Source: an uncultured Verrucomicrobiae bacterium (GTDB taxonomy: Bacteria; Verrucomicrobiota; Verrucomicrobiia; Chthoniobacterales; UBA10450). From it: a stretch of DNA of 64,000 bases. Numbering within the stretch: the stretch's first letter is position 1; the number at the start of each line of letters is the position of its first letter. The notes beneath the pieces are model-generated. The model did no database searches and had not been told where the DNA came from. It saw only the letters and a list, made by a program, of their open reading frames with translations. The stretch covers positions 372,601-436,600 of the forward strand of contig CAWBSX010000004.1 of NCBI GenBank assembly GCA_963791565.1, in the 5' to 3' direction. Positions 31,349-39,871 of the stretch are shown here, one piece after another. The position numbers and the translations under genes were made by a program.

Positions 31349-32653
31349 ATGAATGCCGTCAGGAAACTGGTGGTGTTTGTGGTGCTCGTGTCGGTCGCGA
31401 TTGCGATCGAGCGGGCGTGGTTAGGTGCAGTGCAGCCGCAAATCGCGACGCGGGTCGCGGTCGAGCAGCTCAATGGAAACGACAATGCGTTTCGGCAACT
31501 GCGTTTGTTCGAAGTGTTCAAGGACATCGCGGATGGCGTCGTGGTCATCGCAGCGATCGGACTCGCGTGGTGGCTTGTCGCCAAACCGGCCAGCACGCGG
31601 CGCGATTGGCCACGTTTGATATTGATCGGCGCGTTGCCGCTCCTGGCAATGAGCGGTTGCGTGCGGCCCTTCGACACGCCGGAATATGCGGAGATCAATA
31701 CCTCCGAGACGGGATTCCTTATTCCGCTCGAAGGCGACAGCACCGCGCAGGCAAAATTCCAATCGGAAGAATATCTGCGCGATTTGAAAGTCGCAGCCAA
31801 ACGCGTGCAGATCACGCATCGTTGGTCGCAGGAAGGACGGCTGCCGGGAAACGGCCGCTGGATTCCGACCGTGCGTTTGATCAAAGTGAATCGTTCGCCG
31901 ATCACGCGCGAATGGACAGCGGAAGCTACGACCGGCACGGCGGCGAAGAACCAGGCCATCTGGATCGAGAGCTCCGATAGCGTCGGATTCAGTATGGGAT
32001 TTACCTGCACTGCTTTCATTCCCGAAGAGCAGGCGGCGAAATTCCTGTATTGGTATCCGAGCGGCTCGCTCTCGGAAGTGATGGATGCCGAAGTGCGCGG
32101 CCGTATTCAACAAGTATCGGCTGAGATCGCGGCGAAATATCCGCTCGACGCCTTGCGTGCACGCAAACAGGAAATATCCGACGCGGTGAAGACTGACGTC
32201 ACGCAATTCTTCGCGCAACGCGGTGTTGTGATCACGACCGTCGGAATGTTCGGCGGCATGACCTACGAGAACGGCGAGATCCAGAAGGCGATCGACAACA
32301 CGATCATCGCACAACAGCTCAAAGTGGTGAACGAAGCGAAATGGGAAGCACAACAGCGCGATAACGATCGCGTAACGCTCGAGGCAAACGCAGTAGCGGA
32401 ACGGGCGCGGCGCATTGCCGCTGGCGAAGCGGATGCGAAAAAAATCGCGGCTGATGCCGAAGCACAGTCGATTCGCGAAGTCACGAAAGCTCTCGCGGAC
32501 GCCAAAGAGAATCCGTTGCTCTATCAACTGCGCGCGCTCGAAGTAGAACGCGCCCGAGTCGAACACTGGAACGGTCAATACCCAAGCTGGTTCATGGGCA
32601 CCGCGGCGAGTTCGCCGAATCTGATGCTGCAAATGCCCGCGCCCCCGCGCTAA
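31349..32653 (+). CDS. SPFH/band-7 domain membrane protein
   Basis: 434 aa with AGGAG 7 nt upstream, N-terminal helices, and a coiled Ala/Glu-rich region (AERARRIAAGEADAKKIAADAEAQSIREV) typical of SPFH proteins. Confidence 0.6.
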   Translation: MNAVRKLVVFVVLVSVAIAIERAWLGAVQPQIATRVAVEQLNGNDNAFRQLRLFEVFKDIADGVVVIAAIGLAWWLVAKPASTRRDWPRLILIGALPLLAMSGCVRPFDTPEYAEINTSETGFLIPLEGDSTAQAKFQSEEYLRDLKVAAKRVQITHRWSQEGRLPGNGRWIPTVRLIKVNRSPITREWTAEATTGTAAKNQAIWIESSDSVGFSMGFTCTAFIPEEQAAKFLYWYPSGSLSEVMDAEVRGRIQQVSAEIAAKYPLDALRARKQEISDAVKTDVTQFFAQRGVVITTVGMFGGMTYENGEIQKAIDNTIIAQQLKVVNEAKWEAQQRDNDRVTLEANAVAERARRIAAGEADAKKIAADAEAQSIREVTKALADAKENPLLYQLRALEVERARVEHWNGQYPSWFMGTAASSPNLMLQMPAPPR

Positions 32654-32662
32654 GTTGTCGAT

Positions 32663-33688
32663 GTGGAATTGTTGACCATCGGCGAAATCAGGCGACGCGC
32701 GCAGAACGGTTTCGTTACTGCGCGCGTTCATGTGCAGATCAGTGCGGCAGAAGCGAAGGCAACCCGCGAAGGAAAACCCTACTGCGAAATGACGCTGGCC
32801 GATGCGCGCGATCGCATGACCTTGCGCGTCTGGAGCGATCATCCGGAATATCGCGCCTGCGAAACATTACAAGCTTCCGAGTTCATCGAGATCAGCGGAG
32901 AATTTGCGCAGCACCAGCAATTCGGACTCGAGGCGAAGCAGTGGAACGTTCGTCGCCTAACGAGTGATGAAATCGCCGACCTGCTGGCCGGCCCGCCGGA
33001 GTTGCGCGCGAAACAAACCGCGGACTGGAGTCTGATTACGGAACGAATCAAAACGATCGGCGATCCTCGTCTGCGCGCGTTATGCGAAGCGTTCATCACG
33101 GAATTCGGCGAACGATTTCGCCGTACCGCGGGCGCGCGCAGTTATCATCACGCGCGCCGCGGCGGATTAGTCGAGCACGTCGCGCAGATGTTGCGCACGG
33201 CCGATGCGCTCGCGCCGCTTTATCCGCAATTGAATCTCGATCTCCTCATCGCCGGAATTGTTTTTCACGATTCCGGAAAACTTTGGGAAAACCATCTGCC
33301 GGAAGATGGCTTTACCATGGGTTTCGACGAGCGCGGCGAATTGATGGGGCACATTTCGATCGGGATTGAGCTGGTCAATTCGCTCTGGCGCAAAGTGAAT
33401 TTGCCTAACGAGTGGAATGGCCTGTCGCCCGCGGCTGAAGATGTGCGGCTGCATCTTTTGCATTTGATCGGCGCGCATCATGGCGAGCCGCAATTTGGTT
33501 CGCCGGTTAGTCCGAAAACTCCGGAGGCGATGGCGCTCAACTACATCGACAACCTCGACGCTCGTCTGGAGATGTTCGCCGCGGGATATCTCGTGGCGAA
33601 ACCAATCGCCGATCGAATTTTTGATCGCGTCCGGCCTTTGCCCGGAAATTTGGTCAAGCCACTGGAAAAATTTTCGCCGGCGAACTAA
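32663..33688 (+). CDS. OB-fold plus HD-domain phosphohydrolase (YhaM-like 3'-5' exoribonuclease family)
   Basis: 341 aa. The N-terminus has an OB-like segment (KATREGKPYCEMTLADARDRMTLRVW). The HD domain shows HHARRGGLVEHV and FHDSGK. Confidence 0.65.
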   Translation: MELLTIGEIRRRAQNGFVTARVHVQISAAEAKATREGKPYCEMTLADARDRMTLRVWSDHPEYRACETLQASEFIEISGEFAQHQQFGLEAKQWNVRRLTSDEIADLLAGPPELRAKQTADWSLITERIKTIGDPRLRALCEAFITEFGERFRRTAGARSYHHARRGGLVEHVAQMLRTADALAPLYPQLNLDLLIAGIVFHDSGKLWENHLPEDGFTMGFDERGELMGHISIGIELVNSLWRKVNLPNEWNGLSPAAEDVRLHLLHLIGAHHGEPQFGSPVSPKTPEAMALNYIDNLDARLEMFAAGYLVAKPIADRIFDRVRPLPGNLVKPLEKFSPAN

Positions 33689-34413
33689 TTGCCCGGCGGG
33701 CCCTGCGTGGCAATGACCATTTGATTGCCCTGCAGGGTGATCGTCTTCACGTTCGGCCAAAACGTGTGCTGATTATTTTTTCGCAAGCTCTCCCCGAATC
33801 CAGTGGTGAAGCTACGACCGAAAGTTGACGCGAATGCGCGTAGGAACCCCCCCGTGATTTGATGACCATTCGCTTCGATCCATTCCGGATCGAAATAAAA
33901 ATTGTTATCGTCGTAACTGAATCGGAGGCGGGTACTGCCGTTGAACCAACGCTGTTTCATCGAGGGTAGCGGAGCGGCATTTAGCGGCACACTCACTTCC
34001 AGTGTCGCCATCGAATCCGCGAGGGCGACGTGCATTCTGTTTTTGCGACTCGCGAAATCCGGATGGCGTGCAATCAGCGCGTTCAGGTCATCGGCGGTGA
34101 AAGCAACCGTGCTTGCTTGATTGGTGGCGAGCGCGTTTTTCAGCTGCGCGAACTTGGCGCTGGCCGCGTTGAATTCGCCATCAGTCGGCATCGTAATCTT
34201 AGTGTCGATCGGATCAGCCGTGGTTAGTTTTTTGACCGCTCCCAGGTAAAGAAACCAACATGCGCAAACGAGAATGATGCAGCCGACAAACGCCGCAAAG
34301 AGGACGCTGAGGCAGCCGCCCGCGAAACAACCGCAACCAGAAGGCTTGGGCGGCGGAAGAACGACTTGCTGTTGCGGAGCTGCGGGCGCGGGAACTGGCG
34401 GCGGCGTGTCCAT
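33685..34413 (-). CDS. Membrane-anchored hypothetical protein
   Basis: 242 aa with a Pro-rich N-terminus and a Cys-rich hydrophobic helix (GCGCFAGGCLSVLFAAFVGCIILVCACWFLYL). No family recognised. Confidence 0.5.
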   Translation of the reverse strand: MDTPPPVPAPAAPQQQVVLPPPKPSGCGCFAGGCLSVLFAAFVGCIILVCACWFLYLGAVKKLTTADPIDTKITMPTDGEFNAASAKFAQLKNALATNQASTVAFTADDLNALIARHPDFASRKNRMHVALADSMATLEVSVPLNAAPLPSMKQRWFNGSTRLRFSYDDNNFYFDPEWIEANGHQITGGFLRAFASTFGRSFTTGFGESLRKNNQHTFWPNVKTITLQGNQMVIATQGPPGN

Positions 34414-34468
34414 CCGTCCCGTTTAACTGCTCGTTAGGCGCGAAGAAAGCTCTTTTGTTGGCGTGGCG

Positions 34469-34503
34469 AATAAAGAAAAAGCGGCGGTCAATTCGACCGC
34501 CGC
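34469..34503 (-). terminator. Rho-independent terminator of rpoA-rplQ (palindromic, potentially bidirectional)
   Basis: A 9-bp GC-rich stem pairs GCGGCGGTC (34481-34489) with GACCGCCGC (34495-34503). On the minus strand it is followed by TTTTTCTTTATT (plus-strand 34469-34480). Confidence 0.8.
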
Positions 34504-34537
34504 TTTTCTGAACATTCTGCCTAACGAATGGTTACAA

Positions 34538-35011
34538 CTACTCGTTAGTCTCTTTCGATTTCTTGCTCTTCGGCGCAGGCTTCGAATCGGCCGCGCTCTT
34601 CTTGGATTTCGCCTTCTTGGTTGTTTCTGCCGTTTCCGGCTCATCGACAACGACTGCGGCATCGACCCATTCAATGAACGCAACCGAAGCAGAGTCGCTC
34701 TTGCGTTGACCGAGCCGGACGATGCGGGTGTAGCCGCCTTTGCGATCAGCCGAGCGCGGAGCGATGTCGTCGAACAGTTTCTTCACCGCATCCGCCTGAC
34801 GCAACGTGGCGAGCGCAGTGCGTCGCGCGTGCAGCGAGCCTTTCTTTCCCAGCGTCACCATTTTTTCCGCGAGCGGGCGAACCGCTTTCGCTTTGGCGAG
34901 CGTCGTCTTGATGCGGTGATGTTCGATCAAGCTGCAAACCTGATTGGCCAGCAGCGCTTTTCGATGCGCGGCGGTCAGGCCGAGCTTCAAGGTTTTCTTC
35001 TGGTGTCTCAT
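34538..35011 (-). CDS. rplQ: 50S ribosomal protein L17
   Basis: 157 aa. MRHQKKTLKLGLTAAHRKALLANQVCSLIEHHRIKTTLAKAKAVRPLAEKMVTLGK, with a Lys-rich tail. Confidence 0.95.
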   Translation of the reverse strand: MRHQKKTLKLGLTAAHRKALLANQVCSLIEHHRIKTTLAKAKAVRPLAEKMVTLGKKGSLHARRTALATLRQADAVKKLFDDIAPRSADRKGGYTRIVRLGQRKSDSASVAFIEWVDAAVVVDEPETAETTKKAKSKKSAADSKPAPKSKKSKETNE

Positions 35012-35031
35012 GATGATTCGCCTAACGAGTG

Positions 35032-36072
35032 CTATTCGTGATCAGCCGAGCCATTCATGCTCGCGCCGTCCACACCGACCGGGACTTCCACCAAACCTGG
35101 ATCGAATTTCATCCCAAGACCAAGGCCGAGCTGTTGCAGCTTGTCCTTGATTTCGTTGAGCGATTTTTTGCCGAAGTTGCGATACTTCAGCATCTCAGCT
35201 TCGGATTTTCTGCGCGAGCTGGCCAACCGTGGTGATATTGGCGTTGTTCAAGCAATTGGCGGCGCGGACACTGAGTTCGATTTCGTTCACGCTCATATTG
35301 AGAAGCTTCTTCAGCTTCATGTTTTCCTCGGAAACACCGGCAGGCGTTTCGTCGAACTCGATCACGTCTTCGTTGAAATTCACGAAAACATCGAGGTGAT
35401 GGCGCAGGATCGCCGAGGCCTGGAGCAACGCATCATCTGGCGTGAGACGACCGTCCGTCCAGACTTCGAGGACGAGCTTGTCGTAATCGGTCCGCTGACC
35501 GACGCGGGTGTTTTCCACCGCATATTTCACGCGCGTAACTGGCGAGAAAATGGAATCAATTGGAATAAGACCAATCGGTTGGTCGGCACGCTTGTTCTCG
35601 TCGCCCGTGGCAAAACCGCGGCCGACGCGCACTTCCAGTTCGGCATGTCGAACTTGTGCTTCTTGTCGAGAGTGCAGATGAGCTGCTTCGGATTCAAAAC
35701 CTCGAACCCTTGCGCGAGCTGAATGTCGTGCGCGGTGACTTCGCCTTCTTTGTTGACCGCGAGCGAGAGTTTGCGCGGCTCGTGTTCCGCGGCCTTGAAT
35801 TTGATCCGCTTCAGGTTGAGCACGATGTCGGTCACGTCTTCGACCACGCCGGGCAGAGTAGCGAATTCATGTTGCGCCCCGGTGATTTTCACCGCGGTGA
35901 TGGCGGCGCCTTCGAGCGACGAAAGCAAAACTCGGCGGAGCGAATTTCCGACCGTGTGACCGTAACCGGCTTCAAACGGCTCGGCGACGAACTTGGCGTA
36001 GGTTTCTGTGGAGCCGTCCTCAACTTTGGTGAGGGTCTTCGGCATTTCAAAACGACCGTATCTTACTGGCAT
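35032..36072 (-). pseudogene. rpoA: DNA-directed RNA polymerase alpha subunit with two single-base frameshifts in this sequence
   Basis: The gene is covered by three track ORFs (35527-36072, 35195-35632, 35032-35226). The N-terminal domain reads GHTVGNSLRRVLLSSLEGAAIT. The middle reads ELEVRVGRGFATGDENK. The C-terminal domain reads [20 protein letters not shown] then [23 protein letters not shown]. The frame breaks lie at about 35641-35643 and in the T4 run at 35206-35209. Confidence 0.9.
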
Positions 36073-36228
36073 AGTGTGCCTTTTCCTTTTTCTGACGCGC
36101 CGGGTTACCCCTGACGAGTGCGGCTTACATCTGATGACGTAAACCCAGGGACCAACGGCGCAGCTTCTACAAACTCGCTGCGGGACGTGGAATCAACACT
36201 ACTCCCGCTTTTTTGCAAGCGGCGGATT

Positions 36229-36666
36229 CTATTCCTCGATAATCGTGTTGGGCAGCTCGTCTTTATCGGTCGCCTGCCGCGGAAAAAATCGCCCGAGCAA
36301 ATCGCCCGCATTCTCGATTCCGTGAATCAACGCTTCGGTGAAATTCTCTTTCTTGAAGTGCGTCTGCATTTCATCGACCAACCGTTGCCAGAATTCATCG
36401 CCGCATTTTTGATGAACGGCTTCGTCACCCACGACCGCGAATTTCCGCGCGCGCGGCGCCACGAAAATGAGAATGCTATTGCGGCCAGCCGTCTGGTGCA
36501 TTTTCAGTTCCTGAAATTTTTTCTGCGCCACCGGCAACGGATCGCCCGCGATTTCACCGCGCTGAATATAGAGTCGGATCTCGCCGGATGTTTTCGCCTC
36601 CGCCGCTGCGATCGCGGAGACGATCCGGTCATGACTCAGACGAGTGAGAAATTCCTTCGAGCGCAT
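36229..36666 (-). CDS. TPM-domain protein (TLP18.3/Psb32/MOLO-1 family)
   Basis: Start at MRSKEFLTRL. It has SGEIRLYI, NSILIFVAPRARKFAVVGD and the standard TPM layout. Confidence 0.7.
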   Translation of the reverse strand: MRSKEFLTRLSHDRIVSAIAAAEAKTSGEIRLYIQRGEIAGDPLPVAQKKFQELKMHQTAGRNSILIFVAPRARKFAVVGDEAVHQKCGDEFWQRLVDEMQTHFKKENFTEALIHGIENAGDLLGRFFPRQATDKDELPNTIIEE

Positions 36667-36673
36667 TTCGATT

Positions 36674-37450
36674 TTACCAACTCGAGCCCGCCCCGCCGCC
36701 GCCGAAGCTACCACCGCCGCCGCTGAAACCACTAAAGCCTCCGCCGCCTGAGGAACCGCCCGACCAGCCGCCGCCACCACCACCCCACCCGCCGATGAAC
36801 GGTCCGCCCATTCCAGTATAACCCCAACCGCGCCGCTGCGATCGTCGCGCGATCATAATTAGAATGATGAGAAAGATTACAAACGGCAAAAACGGAATGA
36901 CGCCTGTCGCGATCGACCCGCCTTTGTCGTCCGCCACGGTTTTGCCGGTGCCTTTGTATTCGCCGCGAATCGCCTTGCCGATCAGGTCGATGCCAGTGGC
37001 CAGTCCGCCTTCATAATCCGCCGTGCGAAATTTCGGTTTGATGTGGCGCTCGGTAATATCGAAAGCCGTCGCATCCGGGAGCGCGCCTTCCAAACCGTAG
37101 CCGACCTGAATGAACATTTTGCGATCGTCCTTGAAGACGAAAAGCACGGCGCCGTTGCGCCGATCTTTTTGTCCCACGCCCCAGGATTGCGCGATGCGCT
37201 GCGTGTAATCCGCGATGTCCGAATCGGTCTGCATCTTCGGATAAATGGCGACCAACACTTGGTTGGAAGTGTCGCGTTCGAACTGCGCGAGCTGTTCGTT
37301 GAAACGCGCCGCCGCATCTCGGGAAACAACGCCAGCATAGTCGTTGAAATAACGATCCGGCTTCGGCGGCATGACTTCCGCCGCCCGTAGCCTAACGAGT
37401 GCTGCAAAAACGAGCAGCGCAGCGCCGGCGAAATTCCTGATCGGATGCAA
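36674..37450 (-). CDS. TPM-domain membrane protein (YgcG-like) with Gly-rich tail
   Basis: 258 aa with a signal-like N-terminus, DYAGVVS...QVLVAIYP...NGAVLFVFKDDRKMFIQVGYGLEG, a TM helix, and a GGGGGWSGGSSGGGG tail. Confidence 0.75.
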   Translation of the reverse strand: MHPIRNFAGAALLVFAALVRLRAAEVMPPKPDRYFNDYAGVVSRDAAARFNEQLAQFERDTSNQVLVAIYPKMQTDSDIADYTQRIAQSWGVGQKDRRNGAVLFVFKDDRKMFIQVGYGLEGALPDATAFDITERHIKPKFRTADYEGGLATGIDLIGKAIRGEYKGTGKTVADDKGGSIATGVIPFLPFVIFLIILIMIARRSQRRGWGYTGMGGPFIGGWGGGGGGWSGGSSGGGGFSGFSGGGGSFGGGGAGSSW

Positions 37451-37462
37451 TGAAGCTCGTTA

Positions 37463-38134
37463 CTACGGCGTCGGCACAGGTGTGGCGGCCGGCTTCGTCA
37501 TTGTAGGTGGCACCGAAGGCGCGTTGCCGAAGTTTCCGAAATTCACCGCGGGCGCTCTTTCTGATCCAGGCTGCGCGTTGAAAAATGGTTTCGGCTGAAA
37601 ACCAAACATCTTGTTCAGCATGTTTGTCGGGAAAGTTCCGAGGGCCGTGTTGTAATCTTGCACCGCGCCGTTGAAATTATTTCGCTCCACCGAGATGCGG
37701 TTCTCCGTTCCTTCGAGTTGAACTTGCAGATCTTGGAAGCCCTTCGTCGCCGTCAGCTGCGGATAATTTTCGCTCACGACTAGCAAACGCGAGAGAGCGT
37801 TGCTCAATTGCCCCTGCGCTTCCTGGAATTGCTGCAATTGCGCTGCGTCTGTCGGCGCCTTGTTCGGATCAAGCTGCACACGGCCCACACTGGCGCGCGC
37901 GTTCGTCACCTCGGTCAGCGTCGATTTTTCGAAATTCGCCTCGCCTTGTACGGTGTTGACCAGATTCGGAATCAAATCCGCGCGGCGTTGATAGACCGAC
38001 TGCACGTCGGCCCATTTCTTGTTCACGTTTTGTTCGAGAGCGACGAGCCGGTTGTAGGTCCCGCAACCGGTCAGTCCGTGAAGCGCAACCAGCGCGATTA
38101 ATAACCCTCCGCATCTCGACGCGAATGTTTTCAT
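37463..38134 (-). CDS. lemA: LemA family protein
   Basis: 223 aa. NVNKKWADVQSVYQRRADLIPNLVNTVQG...YPQLTATKGFQDLQVQLEGTENRISVERNNFN. Confidence 0.85.
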   Translation of the reverse strand: MKTFASRCGGLLIALVALHGLTGCGTYNRLVALEQNVNKKWADVQSVYQRRADLIPNLVNTVQGEANFEKSTLTEVTNARASVGRVQLDPNKAPTDAAQLQQFQEAQGQLSNALSRLLVVSENYPQLTATKGFQDLQVQLEGTENRISVERNNFNGAVQDYNTALGTFPTNMLNKMFGFQPKPFFNAQPGSERAPAVNFGNFGNAPSVPPTMTKPAATPVPTP

Positions 38135-38222
38135 AGTTGCGAGACGTTCGCGAATCGCTCCGGCAAGTCAATGCGCGTGGCGCGCCGGCAGGTTTCGCGG
38201 TAGTTTGCGCGGCGAAATTTCC

Positions 38223-39242
38223 ATGCAACGTCCCGTCGCAATTTCCTACGCAGTCTTCGCCCTGCTCTTGATTTTGGTCGCCGCCCTGGGCTTGGGGACG
38301 CCGTTTATCGCCGCCCTTTTTTGTTATTTGGCGCTGAAAAAATTTGCCTTCACCGGGCGCCGCTGGATCGCGCTTACCTTATTCCTCATTCTCTTCGCCG
38401 CTGTTTTCGCCGGCTCCGTTATTTTCATCACCAAGGGCGCGCGCGCGTTTCCCGAAATTGCCGAGCAATCCATCCCACGCGTGGTGAAATTCACCCAGGA
38501 TCACGGGATCGAGCCGCCTTTCACCGACATGGAAAGTCTCAAGGCCCTCACGCTCGACAGCGTGCGCGATGCGTTCGGTCAGCTGAGCAAATATGTGCGG
38601 GTCGCGACCAAGGAATTTGTCTTTCTGATCATCGGCATCGTGGTGGCGATTGGGATTTTCCTGAATCCAGATTTTGAATCGAAGCGACCAGGGCGCGCCG
38701 GCCCGCTCGATTTGTATTCCTATTACACCGGGCGGATCAAAGAACGGTTTGCGTCGTTTTTCGCCAGCTTCGAAACGGTCATCGGCGCGCAGATTATTAT
38801 CTCTGCCATCAACACCGCGTTCACGGCCGTGTTCCTTTACTTTTCCGGTCTGCGTTACGCCACGCTGGTGTTGATTCTCACTTTCATTTGCGGACTTCTG
38901 CCGATCGTCGGCAACGTCATCAGCAACACCATCATTGTCTGCATCGCCTTCATCGCCTCGCCGAAACTCGCCGGGGCCGCGCTCATCTTTCTCGTCCTCG
39001 TGCACAAGTTTGAATATTTTCTCAACAGCCGAATCATCGGCGGTCGCATTCAAAATCCGATGTGGCTGACTTTGCTCGCGTTGCTCATCGGCGAACAACT
39101 CATGGGAATTCCGGGAATGATTCTCGCGCCGGTGGTTTTGAGCTTCATCAAGATCGAGATGAAGAAAATCGGGATGGACGATTCCGATTTCGAACGGCCG
39201 ACGACGGAGACATTGCCGCGCCGCGAACTAACGCGTGTCTAG
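38223..39242 (+). CDS. AI-2E family (PerM-like) transporter
   Basis: ATG at 38223 is preferred over the track's TTG at 38205. It has multiple TM helices and a conserved C-terminal part, GLLPIVGNVISNTIIV...MGIPGMILAPVV. Confidence 0.8.
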   Translation: MQRPVAISYAVFALLLILVAALGLGTPFIAALFCYLALKKFAFTGRRWIALTLFLILFAAVFAGSVIFITKGARAFPEIAEQSIPRVVKFTQDHGIEPPFTDMESLKALTLDSVRDAFGQLSKYVRVATKEFVFLIIGIVVAIGIFLNPDFESKRPGRAGPLDLYSYYTGRIKERFASFFASFETVIGAQIIISAINTAFTAVFLYFSGLRYATLVLILTFICGLLPIVGNVISNTIIVCIAFIASPKLAGAALIFLVLVHKFEYFLNSRIIGGRIQNPMWLTLLALLIGEQLMGIPGMILAPVVLSFIKIEMKKIGMDDSDFERPTTETLPRRELTRV

Positions 39243-39871
39243 CTCTCGTCAGGCGGAACCAGCTCCGGCGTCTCAACAACTGGCGCCGGCTCTGGTTTGG
39301 GCGCGGTCGGTAGATAACGCTTTCGCAGTTCGTCCGCGTTCGGCAATTCGTCGAGATTACGCAGGCCAAAATGCTCCAGGAAAAACTGAGTCGTTTCGTA
39401 GAGTAACGGACGCCCCGGCACTTCGGCGCGACCAGCGATTCTGACAAGGCCGCGCTCCATCAGATTTTGTAGCACGCCATCGACTGCTACGCCGCGTACG
39501 GCTTCAACATCGGCGCGCGTAATCGGCTGGCGATAAGCAATAATCGCCAGCGTCTCCAACGACGGCGGCGTGAGACGCTGCGGTTTCGGCGCGGGAAAAA
39601 GCTGGCGAACCCATTGCGCGTAAGCCGGCTCACTTGCCAGCTGCCAGCCTTCCGCTTTTTCCACTAATTGAAATGCATGTTGCTGCTCGATGTATTCGAC
39701 TTTCAACTGCTCGAGCGCGGCGGAAATGTTGGCCTCGGTCACTTTCGCGAACTCGTTAGGCAAAAGTTCGTCCGCATCGCCCGCGCCTTTAATTGCATCT
39801 TTCAACTCGCGCGTGGTCAGCGGTTTTTGCGCGCTGAAAAGCAAAGCCTCGACTACTTGAACGAGTGTCAT
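39239..39871 (-). CDS. scpB: Segregation and condensation protein B
   Basis: Start at MTLVQVVEALLFSAQKPLTTRELK, where the ATG overlaps the glmM stop (ATGA). It also has ETLAIIAYRQPITRADVEAVRGV. Confidence 0.85.
   Translation of the reverse strand: MTLVQVVEALLFSAQKPLTTRELKDAIKGAGDADELLPNEFAKVTEANISAALEQLKVEYIEQQHAFQLVEKAEGWQLASEPAYAQWVRQLFPAPKPQRLTPPSLETLAIIAYRQPITRADVEAVRGVAVDGVLQNLMERGLVRIAGRAEVPGRPLLYETTQFFLEHFGLRNLDELPNADELRKRYLPTAPKPEPAPVVETPELVPPDES

Noticed and set aside
31421-32842. A 473-aa minus-strand ORF, the longest unexplained ORF in the track.
   Set aside because: It is fully antisense to the well-supported SPFH gene. The translation is Arg/Ala/Gly-rich and of low complexity, with no motifs. 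This is a typical shadow ORF of GC-rich DNA.
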